DNA of 64,000 nt from an uncultured Acidobacteriota bacterium (GCA_963741955.1 CAVUKB010000005.1:384001-448000); one strand, 5' to 3'; positions 1 to 10,372 are shown, counted from the first letter of the stretch. Program-made: numbers and translations. The notes: a model not told the origin generated them from the letters alone.

Positions 1-1290
1 CAGAGCCAGCGCCGCGCGGTCTCCTTCGAGCAATTTCCGGAGGAAGCGTACGAACCAGACCTCGTGGGCGGGAACCGCGATCCCGCCCGGGGTCACGGTA
101 ACCGAGAACGGAAGAAACCACATCAACCAGTCGAGGCGGAGGTGCCACGGAGCGAACTGCGGCGGCATCCGCTGCGGGTCGCCCGGCTTCGCTTTGAATT
201 CGTACTCGCGCCACTCCGTCCGCTCGGTGATCTCCTGGTCCAGCGTCCCCTCGACCACCACCTCGTAGCGCTTCTTCGTCACCGTCCCGAACGCGCCGTA
301 CGTGTTCACCAGATGAAGCGGATTGAAACTCGAATTCATCCGCTGGTAGCGCGAGAAAATGTTCACCACCGGCTGAATGCTGAGCAGAAGAGTCACGCCC
401 GCAAGAACGTACAGAACCACATCGAAGGCGAGACCTCGGGGCTGAGTCATCGGAATGGCTCCGCCGAAGATCGCCAGGAAAACCTGGTCACTGAACGCGG
501 TGACTCCCAGAAGCACGGTGAGCCAGTTGAGCCACGAGTAGTTGCCGCTGACGATCAGCAGGAGCTGGTGGAGCACGATCAGCGCTCCGGCGATCGACGC
601 ATAGGGCTGCGGGGCGAAAAGAGCGAACGGCACGACGATCTGGACGAAATGGCTGAAGAGAACCGAAAAGCGCTGCATCGGCCACGGGATGTGGTGGAAG
701 GCGCGGCTCAATGGATTCGGGAGTGGCTGGGTCTCGTAGTGATAGTAGAGGCAGGTCAGGTCGCGCCAGCAACGGTCGCCTCTCATCTTGATCAGCCCGG
801 CGCCCACCTCCGTGCGGAACAGCATCCACCGCAGAATCAGCACGGGGATCAGCGGCGCCGCCATCCACCCCGGTCCCATGAAGATGGTGAAGAATCCCGC
901 CTCCAGGAGCATCGTCTCCCACCCGAACGCATAGAACGTCTGGCCCACGTTGACGATCGACAGATACAGCACCCACAGGAGAATCCAGGGCACGAACGAG
1001 AGCCACGCCGGCCCGAGCGACGAGATGCCGCTGAGAACGACGATCGACAGAACGACACCCGCGAGAGCGACGGCACGAAGAAAGCGATCGGAGTAGTGCC
1101 AGAGGAAGATGCTCGGCGTGTCCCGAAAACGCACCCGGCTCGCGAATCGCGGCACCGGGAGGAGACCTCGTTCTCCCAGAAGCGGAGGGAATTGAAACAG
1201 CGCGGCCAGGAACGCGATCAGATAGAGCGCCCCGAGACCACGCTCGAAGAGCAGACACACGAGCCAGACGCTGCCGAAGTACCAATCCAT
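1..1290 (-). CDS. Lipase maturation factor (LMF1) family membrane protein, 3' end outside window
   Basis: Not in ORF track. Hand translation from ATG 1290: MDWYFGSVWLVCLLFERGLGALYLIAFLAALFQFPPLLGERGLLPV..., later FYAFGWETMLLEAGF, GAGLIKMRGDRCWRDLTCLYYHYETQPLPNP and SGNYSWLNWLT, which are LMF1-type motifs. Confidence 0.88.
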   Translation of the reverse strand, partial: MDWYFGSVWLVCLLFERGLGALYLIAFLAALFQFPPLLGERGLLPVPRFASRVRFRDTPSIFLWHYSDRFLRAVALAGVVLSIVVLSGISSLGPAWLSFVPWILLWVLYLSIVNVGQTFYAFGWETMLLEAGFFTIFMGPGWMAAPLIPVLILRWMLFRTEVGAGLIKMRGDRCWRDLTCLYYHYETQPLPNPLSRAFHHIPWPMQRFSVLFSHFVQIVVPFALFAPQPYASIAGALIVLHQLLLIVSGNYSWLNWLTVLLGVTAFSDQVFLAIFGGAIPMTQPRGLAFDVVLYVLAGVTLLLSIQPVVNIFSRYQRMNSSFNPLHLVNTYGAFGTVTKKRYEVVVEGTLDQEITERTEWREYEFKAKPGDPQRMPPQFAPWHLRLDWLMWFLPFSVTVTPGGIAVPAHEVWFVRFLRKLLEGDRAALAL

Positions 1291-1394
1291 CACAATCGCT
1301 CCACTCCGTGCACGAGATGCACGAGCCGTGCGGGGCTGCAGCGATCAGAATCGCCTCCCGGGAGCTGGCCGGTCAATGCTCCTGCGCTTCGCTC

Positions 1395-2183
1395 TCAGGC
1401 TTCGCTCATCGGATGGACTCTCCCCCACAGCCCGGCAAGACCTCTCCGTCCGAGGAACAGCGAAACGCCGATGATGCTCTGGACCACGGTAACGGTCGCG
1501 GTGCGGAGGAACGTCTCGCTGTGAAGAAGCCCGGTCGACCGGAGAGAGTACGCCTCCCCCCACGACTGGCGGACCAGTTCAACGACCAGCGCAGTGGCAT
1601 TGGGGACGGCCGACAGGACGAACCAGACTCCCATCAGACCGAGAGCGAGGCCCATGAAAGCGCTCGATCCATCGTCTCGATCGCCCGGCGTGAACATCCG
1701 TTCGGAGATGCTCCGACTCCGGCTGATGAGAATCAATGCCGCGAGGAACAGCAAGGCGTCCGGGACGACTCCGGAGAGGAGGGGGCCATAGTGCGCCAGC
1801 ACCGAGTCGGCGCGTGGCGCCGAAGAGAAACTTCGCAGTCGCATCAACAATCCGAAGGCGCTCAGAAGGACGAAGAGACCGAGTATTTTCACCGCGAGGT
1901 CGGCAAACGTCGCGGTGGAGACGATCTGATCGGGATCTCCGTCGAAGAGGAACGAAGCCACCCGTTTGCGCCGAAATGCGAGAAACAACCCCACCGCGAC
2001 GATGAAGGCGAACGGCAGAATCGCGACCGCCACTATCCAGACACCGTTGCGCGATCCCTCTGCGGACGCAGCCGAGATGACGAAGCTCATCATGGCAGAG
2101 ATCCAGACGATTCCGCGGAAGGTGAGAAAACAGGCCGCGAGCCAGACGACGAGCTCGTACATTTCGCGTCGGGTCATCTTCAA
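1395..2183 (-). CDS. Hypothetical multi-pass membrane protein
   Basis: 262-aa ORF with about 6 hydrophobic segments in two similar halves; TAGAAT upstream; start uncertain (TTG 2183 or a downstream ATG). Confidence 0.65.
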   Translation of the reverse strand: MKMTRREMYELVVWLAACFLTFRGIVWISAMMSFVISAASAEGSRNGVWIVAVAILPFAFIVAVGLFLAFRRKRVASFLFDGDPDQIVSTATFADLAVKILGLFVLLSAFGLLMRLRSFSSAPRADSVLAHYGPLLSGVVPDALLFLAALILISRSRSISERMFTPGDRDDGSSAFMGLALGLMGVWFVLSAVPNATALVVELVRQSWGEAYSLRSTGLLHSETFLRTATVTVVQSIIGVSLFLGRRGLAGLWGRVHPMSEA

Positions 2184-2271
2184 TACCCCCCCTTCGCCAT
2201 TCTAGCCCCCATGGCCCGAACTCAAGGGGCACTGTGGGTGTTCACAGAGACGCTGCGCGGAGTTACTGCGC

Positions 2272-2322
2272 ATGCAAGGCGCGCCCGGCTTCGGCAACGA
2301 AGGCATAGTGGTGACGATGTCG
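2272..2322. repeat. Degenerate copy of the core of the palindromic element at 32662-32846
   Basis: ATGCAAGGCGCGC...GCTTCGGCAACGAAGGCATAGT...GTCG matches 32715-32765 at 44/51 positions by manual alignment. Confidence 0.8.
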
Positions 2323-2438
2323 CGAGTGAAGAATCGTTCCCGGCGAGCGATCCACGGTAGCGGATCCCGAAGCAGCAATCTCTTTCGCTGAATCCGGACC
2401 CACTCACGAGACTCTGGACCATATGATGGTTGAGAATC

Positions 2439-2618
2439 TCACATCCCAGGAGAGGGGCCGTACATCAGGAGGATCATCAGGATGATCGCGATGCCGAACG
2501 CGACGCCGAAGACGAGCCTGCTGGTGATGGCGGTCGTGCGCGAGACCCGGCCGAGGCCGGTCATGCCGGCTACGAGTGCGACGAGAAGGGCGAGCATCGC
2601 GCCCCATAGAAGTGTCAT
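2439..2618 (-). CDS. Small membrane protein, DUF1328/YtjA-like (59 aa)
   Basis: Below ORF-track cutoff: MTLLWGAMLALLVALVAGMTGLGRVSRTTAITSRLVFGVAFGIAIILMILLMYGPSPGM; two hydrophobic helices with a Gly-rich turn. Confidence 0.65.
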   Translation of the reverse strand: MTLLWGAMLALLVALVAGMTGLGRVSRTTAITSRLVFGVAFGIAIILMILLMYGPSPGM

Positions 2619-2709
2619 GGAATCAGTCTGAGCAAGTTGCGATCCAGGATGCCGGACGAGACGGATGCGCCTCGTCCGGCATCGGGTGTGATTGCGTTAC
2701 CTCGAGTGG

Positions 2710-2961
2710 CTACCGGCCGCGATTGCGTTCGTCGCGCTCTTCCCGCGACTCACCCGCGATCTCTTCTCTCTGCTCGCGATCGCGGTTCAGAGAACCGGAG
2801 GGGTCTCCGCCCCATCCGACGCGCGACGAGTCGGGTGTCTTCCGCAGCGTTTCGCGCGTTTCGCGGTCGGGACTGCGGTCGTGCTCGCGTGCGAGCTCTT
2901 CGGAACGGCGTTCCGCATCGGTTCGCTGTGAATCATCTTTCGATCGATTGGATCGGTGCAT
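2710..2961 (-). CDS. Small highly charged hypothetical protein (83 aa)
   Basis: AAGGAGG Shine-Dalgarno 5 nt before ATG 2961; D/E/R-rich, probably disordered. Confidence 0.6.
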   Translation of the reverse strand: MHRSNRSKDDSQRTDAERRSEELAREHDRSPDRETRETLRKTPDSSRVGWGGDPSGSLNRDREQREEIAGESREERDERNRGR

Positions 2962-3115
2962 TGCATCCTCCTTCCAGGTGTGTGATGCAGAAATAGTTAT
3001 TTGCAATTATTGAACCAGAAAGAGGGGCATCAGAAGGCGGAAATCGCGAGCTCGACTGGAAGGTGGTTCGGGGACCGAATCCGAGGATCCGGTCCCCTCT
3101 CGAAGTTCGAGATCC

Positions 3116-5137
3116 TTACGGATGGTAGTCCGCGTACTCCTTCGTCCCACCCATGATCCAGCGGTCGAACCACCAGAGGTTCCGGCGCGCCGCATCGATT
3201 CGGAGAAGCGGCTCCTGCGGGGTGTGCGGCGATCGCGGATACATCACCATCACAGTCGGCACACCCAGATCCTGAAGAGCGCGATGGAGCATCTCTGCCT
3301 GGTTCGGAGGGACCCGGATGTCGTTCGTCCCCTGCTGGATCAGCGAAGGCGTCTTCGCATGCGCAATGTGCCACATGGGGCTGTGCGCCTGCATCAGCTC
3401 GGGTGCGAAGTACGGGAGGGTTCCGAAGTAACTGGGGATGAAGCCGGGAATGTCGGTCGTACCGTGGAAGCTGAGGAGATCGACGACCGGCGCGCCGATG
3501 CTCGCCGCGACGAAACGATCGGTCTGCGTGATCGTCCACGCGCTCATGAAACCGCCGTAGCTCCATCCCATGATGCCGAGACGTTTCGGGTCGGCGATTC
3601 CTTCGCGGATGAGCTCATCGACTCCCGACTGGATGTCGAGGTAATCCATTCCGCCCCAGTCCGCCTGATTCCCCTTCCGGTACGCGAGAGGGTACGAGCC
3701 CGTCCCGCGCGGGTTCGGCCGGAAGACCGCGTAGCCCTTCGACGCGAAGATCTGCGGGACGTAGATATAGGAGAGATAGCCGAGAAACTCCTGGTCGAAA
3801 TGACTGGCGGGACCGCCGTGCGCGAAGGTGAGAAGAGGAACCTTCTCCCCTTTCACGTACCCGATCGGAAGGGTGAGCAGCCCTTCGATGGTGAGTCCGT
3901 CCTTCGGATTCTTCCAGTGGATGAGCCGCGTCTCGCCGAGTGCTCGATCGCGGTACGCCGCGTTGTGATCGGTGAGGCGGCGCGGTGAGTACTTCGAGAG
4001 CGAAGAGACATAGAGCTCGGGAGGAGTGGTCAGAGTCTGGTACGTGAATGCGGTGAGATCGTGCCTCGAATCGAACGCCGCCGCGTCGACCACGCCCTGT
4101 ACGTCGGTCAGCGGATGGAAGCCGGTGCCGTCCGCGCGGACGGAGAAGATCTGCCCGGTCGTCCCTTCTGCTCCGTCGAACCAGATGGAACGGCTGTCGC
4201 TGCTCCAGGCGAAATGGCCGGCGTTGCGCTCGAAGTCTCGAGTGACGACCCGCGGCTCGCCGCCGCTGATCGGAACGACGGCCAGGAGCGCGGGGGCGTT
4301 CCACTCCATCGCGCCGGATCCGGTGACGAATGCGACCAGCCGGCCATCGGGGGAGACTCTCGGAGCGGCGTCGATCCCGCTCCGCACCACCAGCGGGGTC
4401 ACGTCTCCACCTGAAACATCGACGGTGAAGAGATCGGTGTGGAAGTACCCTTCGAGCCCCGAGTCGGCACGGCTGATCACGAACCTCTTCCCGTCGGGCG
4501 TCCAGTCGTAACTGCTGATCGCGAACTCCCCGGTCGTGACCTGTCGCGCCTCCCCACTCTTCACGTTCACCACCCATAGGTGCTGCCGGTGCGGCTGGTC
4601 GTAGAGGTACGCGTCGTCACGTTTCTTCTCCCGATCCCTCTCGGCCGGGCTCTTCGGCTCTCTCATCAGGAACGCGATCGACGATCCGTCCGGCGACCAC
4701 GTCGGGTCGCTGACCGCGGCTGGTTGAGACGTCAGTTTCCACGCCTCGCCGCCGGCGGGATGGATCAGCCACACCTGCGTCGAGCCGTCACGGTCGGAGA
4801 GGAAGGCGATCGTCTTTCCGTCGGGCGACCACTGCGGGTTGGTGTCGTGTGCAGGGTTGCGAACCAGATGGACGTCATTTCCGCTCGCCACGCCGACAAC
4901 CCAGATGTCTTCGTCATAGACGCTCCGCTCGAGATCTGCGGTTCGAAGAACGTACGCCACGGTGCGGCCATCCGGCGAGATCGACGTCGAGGAGAACACC
5001 GGCATGGTGACGTAGTCCTCGACCGTCAGAGGGGCGGCGCCGAAGAGCGGCAGCGCGAGGAGGAGAAGCAGAGGCGAGAGACGAGAGGCGAGAGACGAGA
5101 GGCGAGAGGGGAACCAGGTTCGGGTCGTGATGTTCAT
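3116..5137 (-). CDS. Secreted S9-family peptidase (PD40 beta-propeller plus alpha/beta hydrolase)
   Basis: Repeated WSPDG/SPDG motifs, HGGP, GWSYGG nucleophile, GTNDIRVP, signal peptide. The ORF-track 5' extension is repeat DNA and an off-frame part of the Nudix gene. Confidence 0.93.
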   Translation of the reverse strand: MNITTRTWFPSRLSSLASRLSPLLLLLALPLFGAAPLTVEDYVTMPVFSSTSISPDGRTVAYVLRTADLERSVYDEDIWVVGVASGNDVHLVRNPAHDTNPQWSPDGKTIAFLSDRDGSTQVWLIHPAGGEAWKLTSQPAAVSDPTWSPDGSSIAFLMREPKSPAERDREKKRDDAYLYDQPHRQHLWVVNVKSGEARQVTTGEFAISSYDWTPDGKRFVISRADSGLEGYFHTDLFTVDVSGGDVTPLVVRSGIDAAPRVSPDGRLVAFVTGSGAMEWNAPALLAVVPISGGEPRVVTRDFERNAGHFAWSSDSRSIWFDGAEGTTGQIFSVRADGTGFHPLTDVQGVVDAAAFDSRHDLTAFTYQTLTTPPELYVSSLSKYSPRRLTDHNAAYRDRALGETRLIHWKNPKDGLTIEGLLTLPIGYVKGEKVPLLTFAHGGPASHFDQEFLGYLSYIYVPQIFASKGYAVFRPNPRGTGSYPLAYRKGNQADWGGMDYLDIQSGVDELIREGIADPKRLGIMGWSYGGFMSAWTITQTDRFVAASIGAPVVDLLSFHGTTDIPGFIPSYFGTLPYFAPELMQAHSPMWHIAHAKTPSLIQQGTNDIRVPPNQAEMLHRALQDLGVPTVMVMYPRSPHTPQEPLLRIDAARRNLWWFDRWIMGGTKEYADYHP

Positions 5138-5347
5138 GCGCGGAAGTCTATCAAGAGAGGCGAGAGGCGAGAGGATTGTTCTCTCAGCAGGATCACGCCA
5201 CTTGTCGGACCTGTCGGACCTGTCAGACCTGTCAGACCTGTCAGACCTGTCGGACGGTACGCCGAGTGCTCGCCTCTCGCCCCTCGCCTCTCGCCCCTCG
5301 CCCCTCGCCTCTCGCCTCTCGCCCCTCGCCTCTCGCCCCTCGCCTCT
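5072..5347. repeat. Mixed short-tandem-repeat block: inverted heptamer tracts around a nonamer tract
   Basis: GAGAGGC/GAGAGAC at 5072-5108 and 5155-5174; about 6 x CTGTCRGAC at 5203-5255; about 11 x CTCGCCY at 5268-5347. Confidence 0.9.
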
Positions 5348-5925
5348 CACAACACCCGGTGCACCACATCCATCATCGCCTTCACCATCCTTCCGGTGAG
5401 GCCCCAGATCTCCAGATCTCCGTGCACGTAGAAATAGCTCGGGTATTTGCGGGCCTGGTATTCGACGTAGCGGATCTCCGGATTCGGAGGCGACAGGAGA
5501 ACCGAGATCGGTACCTCGTACGTCTCGACGACTTCGCTCTCCTGCAGGACGTACTCGAGATCGGGTGGGATGATGCCGATGAAGGGCGCGACGATGAATC
5601 CCGTCCTTGCGTGGAGATCGTCCAGCCGCCCGATCAGACGGATCGCATCGCGAGGAATGCCGACCTCCTCTTCCGTCTCCCGCACCGCCGTCTCTTCCAG
5701 CGTTTCGCCGGCCTCGGCGGCACCACCGGGAAATGCCACCTGCCCGCGGTGAAGAGCGAGCGACTCGGAGCGGCGCACGAAGAGAAGTGACCATCCGTCG
5801 CGCCGCGGGATCAGCGGAGCGACCACGCATGCGCGGCGGAGCTTTCCGACGCTCATCTCGTCCGCGGGACGGGTTGCGAGGAGAGCCTCCAGACGCTCAG
5901 CGGTGTCGTCGTCGAAGCGGATCAC
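5347..5925 (-). CDS. Nudix hydrolase, CoA pyrophosphatase (NudL/PCD1-like)
   Basis: RSESLALHRGQVAFPGG motif, Nudix box AVRETEEEVGI, IWGLTG; GTG start overlaps upstream TGA. Confidence 0.9.
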   Translation of the reverse strand: MIRFDDDTAERLEALLATRPADEMSVGKLRRACVVAPLIPRRDGWSLLFVRRSESLALHRGQVAFPGGAAEAGETLEETAVRETEEEVGIPRDAIRLIGRLDDLHARTGFIVAPFIGIIPPDLEYVLQESEVVETYEVPISVLLSPPNPEIRYVEYQARKYPSYFYVHGDLEIWGLTGRMVKAMMDVVHRVL

Positions 5926-7460
5926 CGCGGGATCTCCAGTCGGGCGAATGGCGGGGCCGGCGCTGTCGGGATTCCTTCCAGCGCGTGCTCGAGCGTCAGC
6001 AGTTCGGCCTCGAGCGGGATCGAGAGCTCGAGCTCGGCAACCGAATCCGGCGCGAGGTCGCCCGGGAGGGCGATCCAACGGTCGAACAGCACGGTCTCTC
6101 CCGAAAGAGCCTTCAGAACCAATCTGTATCCCGGCTCTCCCCAGAGCGCGGAGCGCACCGACGCGTTCCCCTCGTTTCGCACCGAGATCCGCACGACACG
6201 CCCGTCCAACCCCGCCACCGCTTCGATGAGATTCACTGCGATGTGCGGGAAGAGCGCCCAGCCACCGCCGGCCGGCCGGCTCCGTCCGACCGGACCGTCC
6301 GTCGCGTCCCGGATGATCCGGGTGTAGTCGTCCACCGCCCGCTCGAGCGATGCGTTCAGTTCCACCCACTTCCGGCGTGCCGCCCGCGCCTCGTCCCGAT
6401 CTTCATCGTCGAGCATGAACTCCACGAGCGACGGGATCTCTCCCTCACCGAAGGGAATCCTGCTCACCACGGCACGCGGGAGCTCACCGAACTGCGCGTA
6501 GTCGCTCACTGCCACCGGCTTGCCGGCAGCGAGAATCTTGATCAGAGGCCCCGACGTCTCTCCTGCGGTCGGATACCGGAGGTTCACGATCCGGTCGACC
6601 GCGGCGAGGCTCTCGACGAATTCGAGGTCGGACACGTAGCCGGTGACGTTCCACACGTCTGGTGCCAGGCCTGCAGAATGGGCGATCCTCTGGAGATCGA
6701 TATTCGGCGAGGGCTCGCCGACGACCAGAAGCCGAAGGTTCGCGTCTTTCGCATGCGCCCGTGCGAACGCCTCGAATACCACCTCCGGCCGCTTGGCCGC
6801 AGTGACGAAGCCGAACATCCCGACCCACCGCTCGTCGTCGCGGGCCCCGAGGGCTCGCCGGACTTCCTCGCGACTCCTTCCCCCCTCCAGCGGGAGATGC
6901 GGGTGACCGATGACGTGAATCGGCGCTCGAACGCCGTACTCCTCGAGACGCTCCGCGGCCCAGCGATTGTGAACGATCACCGCCTGCGACGACGCCGCGA
7001 GCTCGATCGACGAGGGGAAGAGGAAGTTCCCGAGCTCCTCGTGGATCCCCGCGACGCGCGACGCCGCCCACGCCCGTCCCGCCGCGCCGTGGTTCCGCTC
7101 GAGGATGTCCATGTACCCTTCCGCATCACCGCGTGCGAGAGTCATTTCGACGATCAGGTGCTGGAGCACGAAATCGTGGAGGACGACGATCGATGGACGC
7201 GCGATCGCATACCGGTAGACGAATTCGTGGTACGGGTTGTTGCCCATCTGGCAGACGACCCGATCGAAGCCGCCGGGCTCGAACTCCTCGATCGGGATCA
7301 CCCTCGCTGCGACCTCGTCGACCCTCGGCTGGTTCACCACGCAGGTCAGATCGAAGCGGGCTGCTAGCCCCGGCAGCAGCATCGCCGTGTAATCGGCGAT
7401 GCCGCTTCGCGCGGGAGGAAGCGGAGAGAGGAGCGCGAGGGAAAGCATCTGGAGATCCAT
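5922..7460 (-). CDS. Glycosyltransferase family 4 with C-terminal Ig-like extension
   Basis: SPLPPARSGIADY, MGNNPYH, LHD, FGFVTAAKR, NLRYPTAGETSG, AAGKPVAVSD. Confidence 0.88.
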   Translation of the reverse strand: MDLQMLSLALLSPLPPARSGIADYTAMLLPGLAARFDLTCVVNQPRVDEVAARVIPIEEFEPGGFDRVVCQMGNNPYHEFVYRYAIARPSIVVLHDFVLQHLIVEMTLARGDAEGYMDILERNHGAAGRAWAASRVAGIHEELGNFLFPSSIELAASSQAVIVHNRWAAERLEEYGVRAPIHVIGHPHLPLEGGRSREEVRRALGARDDERWVGMFGFVTAAKRPEVVFEAFARAHAKDANLRLLVVGEPSPNIDLQRIAHSAGLAPDVWNVTGYVSDLEFVESLAAVDRIVNLRYPTAGETSGPLIKILAAGKPVAVSDYAQFGELPRAVVSRIPFGEGEIPSLVEFMLDDEDRDEARAARRKWVELNASLERAVDDYTRIIRDATDGPVGRSRPAGGGWALFPHIAVNLIEAVAGLDGRVVRISVRNEGNASVRSALWGEPGYRLVLKALSGETVLFDRWIALPGDLAPDSVAELELSIPLEAELLTLEHALEGIPTAPAPPFARLEIPR

Positions 7461-7533
7461 TATCTATGATCTGCCAAATCTGCTGTCCGGGATCCGCGGT
7501 CCGGACCGCCCCCGTGGCATCAGAGACCAGAGC

Positions 7534-8644
7534 TCAGATGCCCTCCGCGCTTTTCTTCGCGTTGGTGGCGAGGTACGACTCGATCAGCGGATCGATGTCG
7601 CCGTCGAGGACGCGCTGGATGTCGCCGATCTCATAGCCGGTGCGGAGGTCCTTGACCATCTGGTACGGCTGGAGGACGTAGGACCGGATCTGGCTTCCGA
7701 ACCCGATCTCCCGCTTCTCGCCTGCCAGCTTCGCGTGCTCGTCGTCACGCTTGTCGAGCTCGATCTGGTAGAGGCGCGCCTTGAGGATCTTCATCGCCGT
7801 CTCGCGATTCCGTCCCTGACTCCGCTCGTTCTGGCAGGTGACCACGATGTTCGTTGGGAGATGGGTGATCCGTACCGCCGAATCGGTGACGTTGACGTGT
7901 TGGCCGCCGGCTCCCGATGAGCGGTAGGTATCGATCCGGAGATCCTTGTCCAGCACTTCGATCTCGATCTCCTCGTCGATGTCCGGATAGACGTAGACGG
8001 ATGCGAAGGAGGTGTGTCTCCGCTTCGCCGCGTCGAACGGAGAGATCCGGACCAGCCGGTGCACTCCGTGCTCGGATTTCAGATACCCATACGCGTAGTC
8101 GCCGCGGACCATGAACGTCACGCTCTTGATCCCCGCTTCGTCGCCGGCCTGGTAGTCGACCATTTCGGTCGGGAAGCCGCGCCGTTCGCAGAACCGGAGG
8201 TACATCCTGAGGAGCATGTCCGCCCAGTCCTGCGATTCCGTTCCCCCCGCGCCGGGGTGAATGGAGACGATCGCGTCCCGATCGTCGTGCGGACCGGAAA
8301 GCTTCATGGTCATTTCGACCTGATCGACTTCCTGCTCCAGCTGGGAGACGAGGGATTCGATGTCGGCGGAAACGTCCTCCCCTTCCTTCTCCAGTTCGGC
8401 GAGAACGTCGACCTCTTCGGCTTTGGTCTCCAGCGACGTCGCCGTCTCCAGACGCTTTTCCACCAGGCGACGTTTGCGGTTCAGCTCCTGTGCACGATTC
8501 TGGTCGTTCCAGAACCCTTCGCCCGACATTTCCTTCTCGATCTCGTCGATCGATCTCTGTGCGGCAACGGGGTCAAAGATAACCTCGAATCGCCTGGAGT
8601 CGCTCCCGAAGCTCTTCTACTTTCGCGGCTGTCTGTTCCTTCAT
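7534..8644 (-). CDS. prfB: Peptide chain release factor 2, programmed +1 ribosomal frameshift
   Basis: SPF and GGQ motifs; N-terminal segment MKEQTAAKVEELRERLQAIRGYL ends at CTT TGA C (8578-8572) and the +1 frame continues DPVAAQRSIDEIEKEMSGEGFW. Confidence 0.97.
8572..8587 (-). promoter_or_regulatory. prfB frameshift cassette
   Basis: CGAGGTTATCTTTGAC: internal SD-like GAGGT, then CTT TGA C. Confidence 0.95.
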
Positions 8645-10242
8645 CTGATGACCCTTCTCCGTACGACGGCCGCTGCAACAGCGAGGACGGCCGCGAGAAT
8701 TGCAAACCAGTCGCCGAATCTGACGTAGGCGGTGAGACGGTGCCGCGGAGCGAAGGTTGCCATGATGGTTCCCTTCCTTCCGACCGGCAACTCCTGCACG
8801 ATCTTTCCGGTCGGATCGACCACCGCCGAGATTCCGGACGTCGCCGCCCGCAGCAGGTAGCGGTTGTCTTCGATCGCGCGGAGTCGCGCGTTGTTCAGGT
8901 GCTGGCGCGGCGCCGCTGTCTCCCCAAACCACCCGTCGTTGGTGATGGTCACCAGGACGTCGGCACCGTTGCGGACCTGCTGCGCCGTGATCTGCGGGTA
9001 AACCACCTCGTAGCAGATCGCCGGACCATAGCTGAACTTCCCTTTGAGGGGACGGTCATTGCTTCCGAACTGGAAATTGCCGACCGCGTGAACGAGCTTC
9101 CGTGCAAAGAAGAGCATCTTCCGGAGAGGCACGTACTCACCGAACGGCACCAGCCGGATCTTGTCGTAACGGCCCCTGGTCGTCCCCACCGTCACGATGT
9201 AAGCCGAGTTCCAGAGCTTGTCCGGATCGCGCGGGTCTTCCGCGACCGACCCGAGGATCACATCGATTCCTTCCAGACGGGAGATCGATTCGACGTAGTC
9301 CCGAAGCATCGGTGTGGTCATGTAGACCACCGGCACCGTGGACTCCGGCCAGATGATGACGTCGGGCTTCGGTTTCGCTTTCGCCGCGGCGTCCGTCATC
9401 TCGGTCATGGTCATGAAGATCGAGAGCGTCTGCCCCTCGTCCCACTTCATCGTCTCGGGAATGTTCGGCTGGAGCAGTGCCGCGGTGTAGGTCTTCTCGT
9501 CGAGAATGCGGAAGTTCTCCCGATCGATGAGAACGATACCGGTGGTCCACCAGAGAAGACCGAAGACGAGCAGTCCGCCGATCACCACGATCTTCTTACC
9601 ACCAGGGGCGGAGACGAGAACTATCCAAGCCAGGAGCGTGGAGAAGAGAACGATCATCGCGCCGATGCCGTAGGGACCGAAGACCGGCGCGACCTGGACG
9701 ATCGGCCGGAGATCGACCGCGGCAGCGGCGATCAGATTCCACGGAAAACCGGTCAGAAGAAACGTCCGGCCGAACTCCACCGCCGCCCAGACGAACGGGA
9801 TCACGAACCACCAGCGGATCGCTTCCCCGGGCCGGATCAGGTGCACGAAGAGTGTGAAAAGGCCGCCGTAGAGCCCCAGGACGATCGACATCGCAACGAA
9901 CAGAGCCACTCCGGTCGGATACGGAAGGCCGCCGTACTTCGACATCACCGTGATCACCCAGGGAACGTTGATCAGCCAGGTGACGGTGTAGCCGGCGCTG
10001 CCGAGGAAAAAGGCCTCGAGCTTTCCACTCGCGGTCACCGCGGCGAGGATCAGCGGGACGAACGCGACGAAGATCAGCGGGGCGAGATTGTAGTCCGGAA
10101 AGCTGACCGCGATCAGCACGCCGCCGAGCATCGCCGAAAGAAACCGCACCCACCGTGCGGCGAGCCATCGGCGGACCATCGTGGTGGCCGGGCCGTCCGT
10201 GGAGAGCGAGGTCTGGGAATCGGTAGTCGTCAATGCCGTCAT
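8641..10242 (-). CDS. lnt: Apolipoprotein N-acyltransferase
   Basis: GFPW, QPNI, WPES, YDKIRLVPFGEYVP, ICYE, TNDGWFG; stop overlaps prfB ATG; start may be at MVRRWL. Confidence 0.96.
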   Translation of the reverse strand: MTALTTTDSQTSLSTDGPATTMVRRWLAARWVRFLSAMLGGVLIAVSFPDYNLAPLIFVAFVPLILAAVTASGKLEAFFLGSAGYTVTWLINVPWVITVMSKYGGLPYPTGVALFVAMSIVLGLYGGLFTLFVHLIRPGEAIRWWFVIPFVWAAVEFGRTFLLTGFPWNLIAAAAVDLRPIVQVAPVFGPYGIGAMIVLFSTLLAWIVLVSAPGGKKIVVIGGLLVFGLLWWTTGIVLIDRENFRILDEKTYTAALLQPNIPETMKWDEGQTLSIFMTMTEMTDAAAKAKPKPDVIIWPESTVPVVYMTTPMLRDYVESISRLEGIDVILGSVAEDPRDPDKLWNSAYIVTVGTTRGRYDKIRLVPFGEYVPLRKMLFFARKLVHAVGNFQFGSNDRPLKGKFSYGPAICYEVVYPQITAQQVRNGADVLVTITNDGWFGETAAPRQHLNNARLRAIEDNRYLLRAATSGISAVVDPTGKIVQELPVGRKGTIMATFAPRHRLTAYVRFGDWFAILAAVLAVAAAVVRRRVIR

Positions 10243-10372
10243 AAACGCATCCGCGATCTGGAATCTCTCATCGTCGATCTCGGGAATCCGTCACGGGGTG
10301 AGAAGTCCGGGGTGCGCAGTAGCAACTGAGAGGAACATACGTGGCGGCCGGAATGCGATCCGGCACAGCTGC

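Noticed and set aside
64-1524. 486-aa plus-strand ORF and similar long antisense ORFs (e.g. 8014-10329, 20730-22508, 27099-28640, 53680-55473)
   Set aside because: Shadow frames of motif-bearing genes on the opposite strand, expected at high GC.
5138-5830. N-terminal extension of the 904-aa peptidase ORF
   Set aside because: It is translated tandem repeats plus an off-frame part of the Nudix gene; the signal peptide starts at 5137.
8572-8578. prfB pseudogene or sequencing error
   Set aside because: It is the canonical CTT TGA C programmed frameshift with an upstream SD-like motif.
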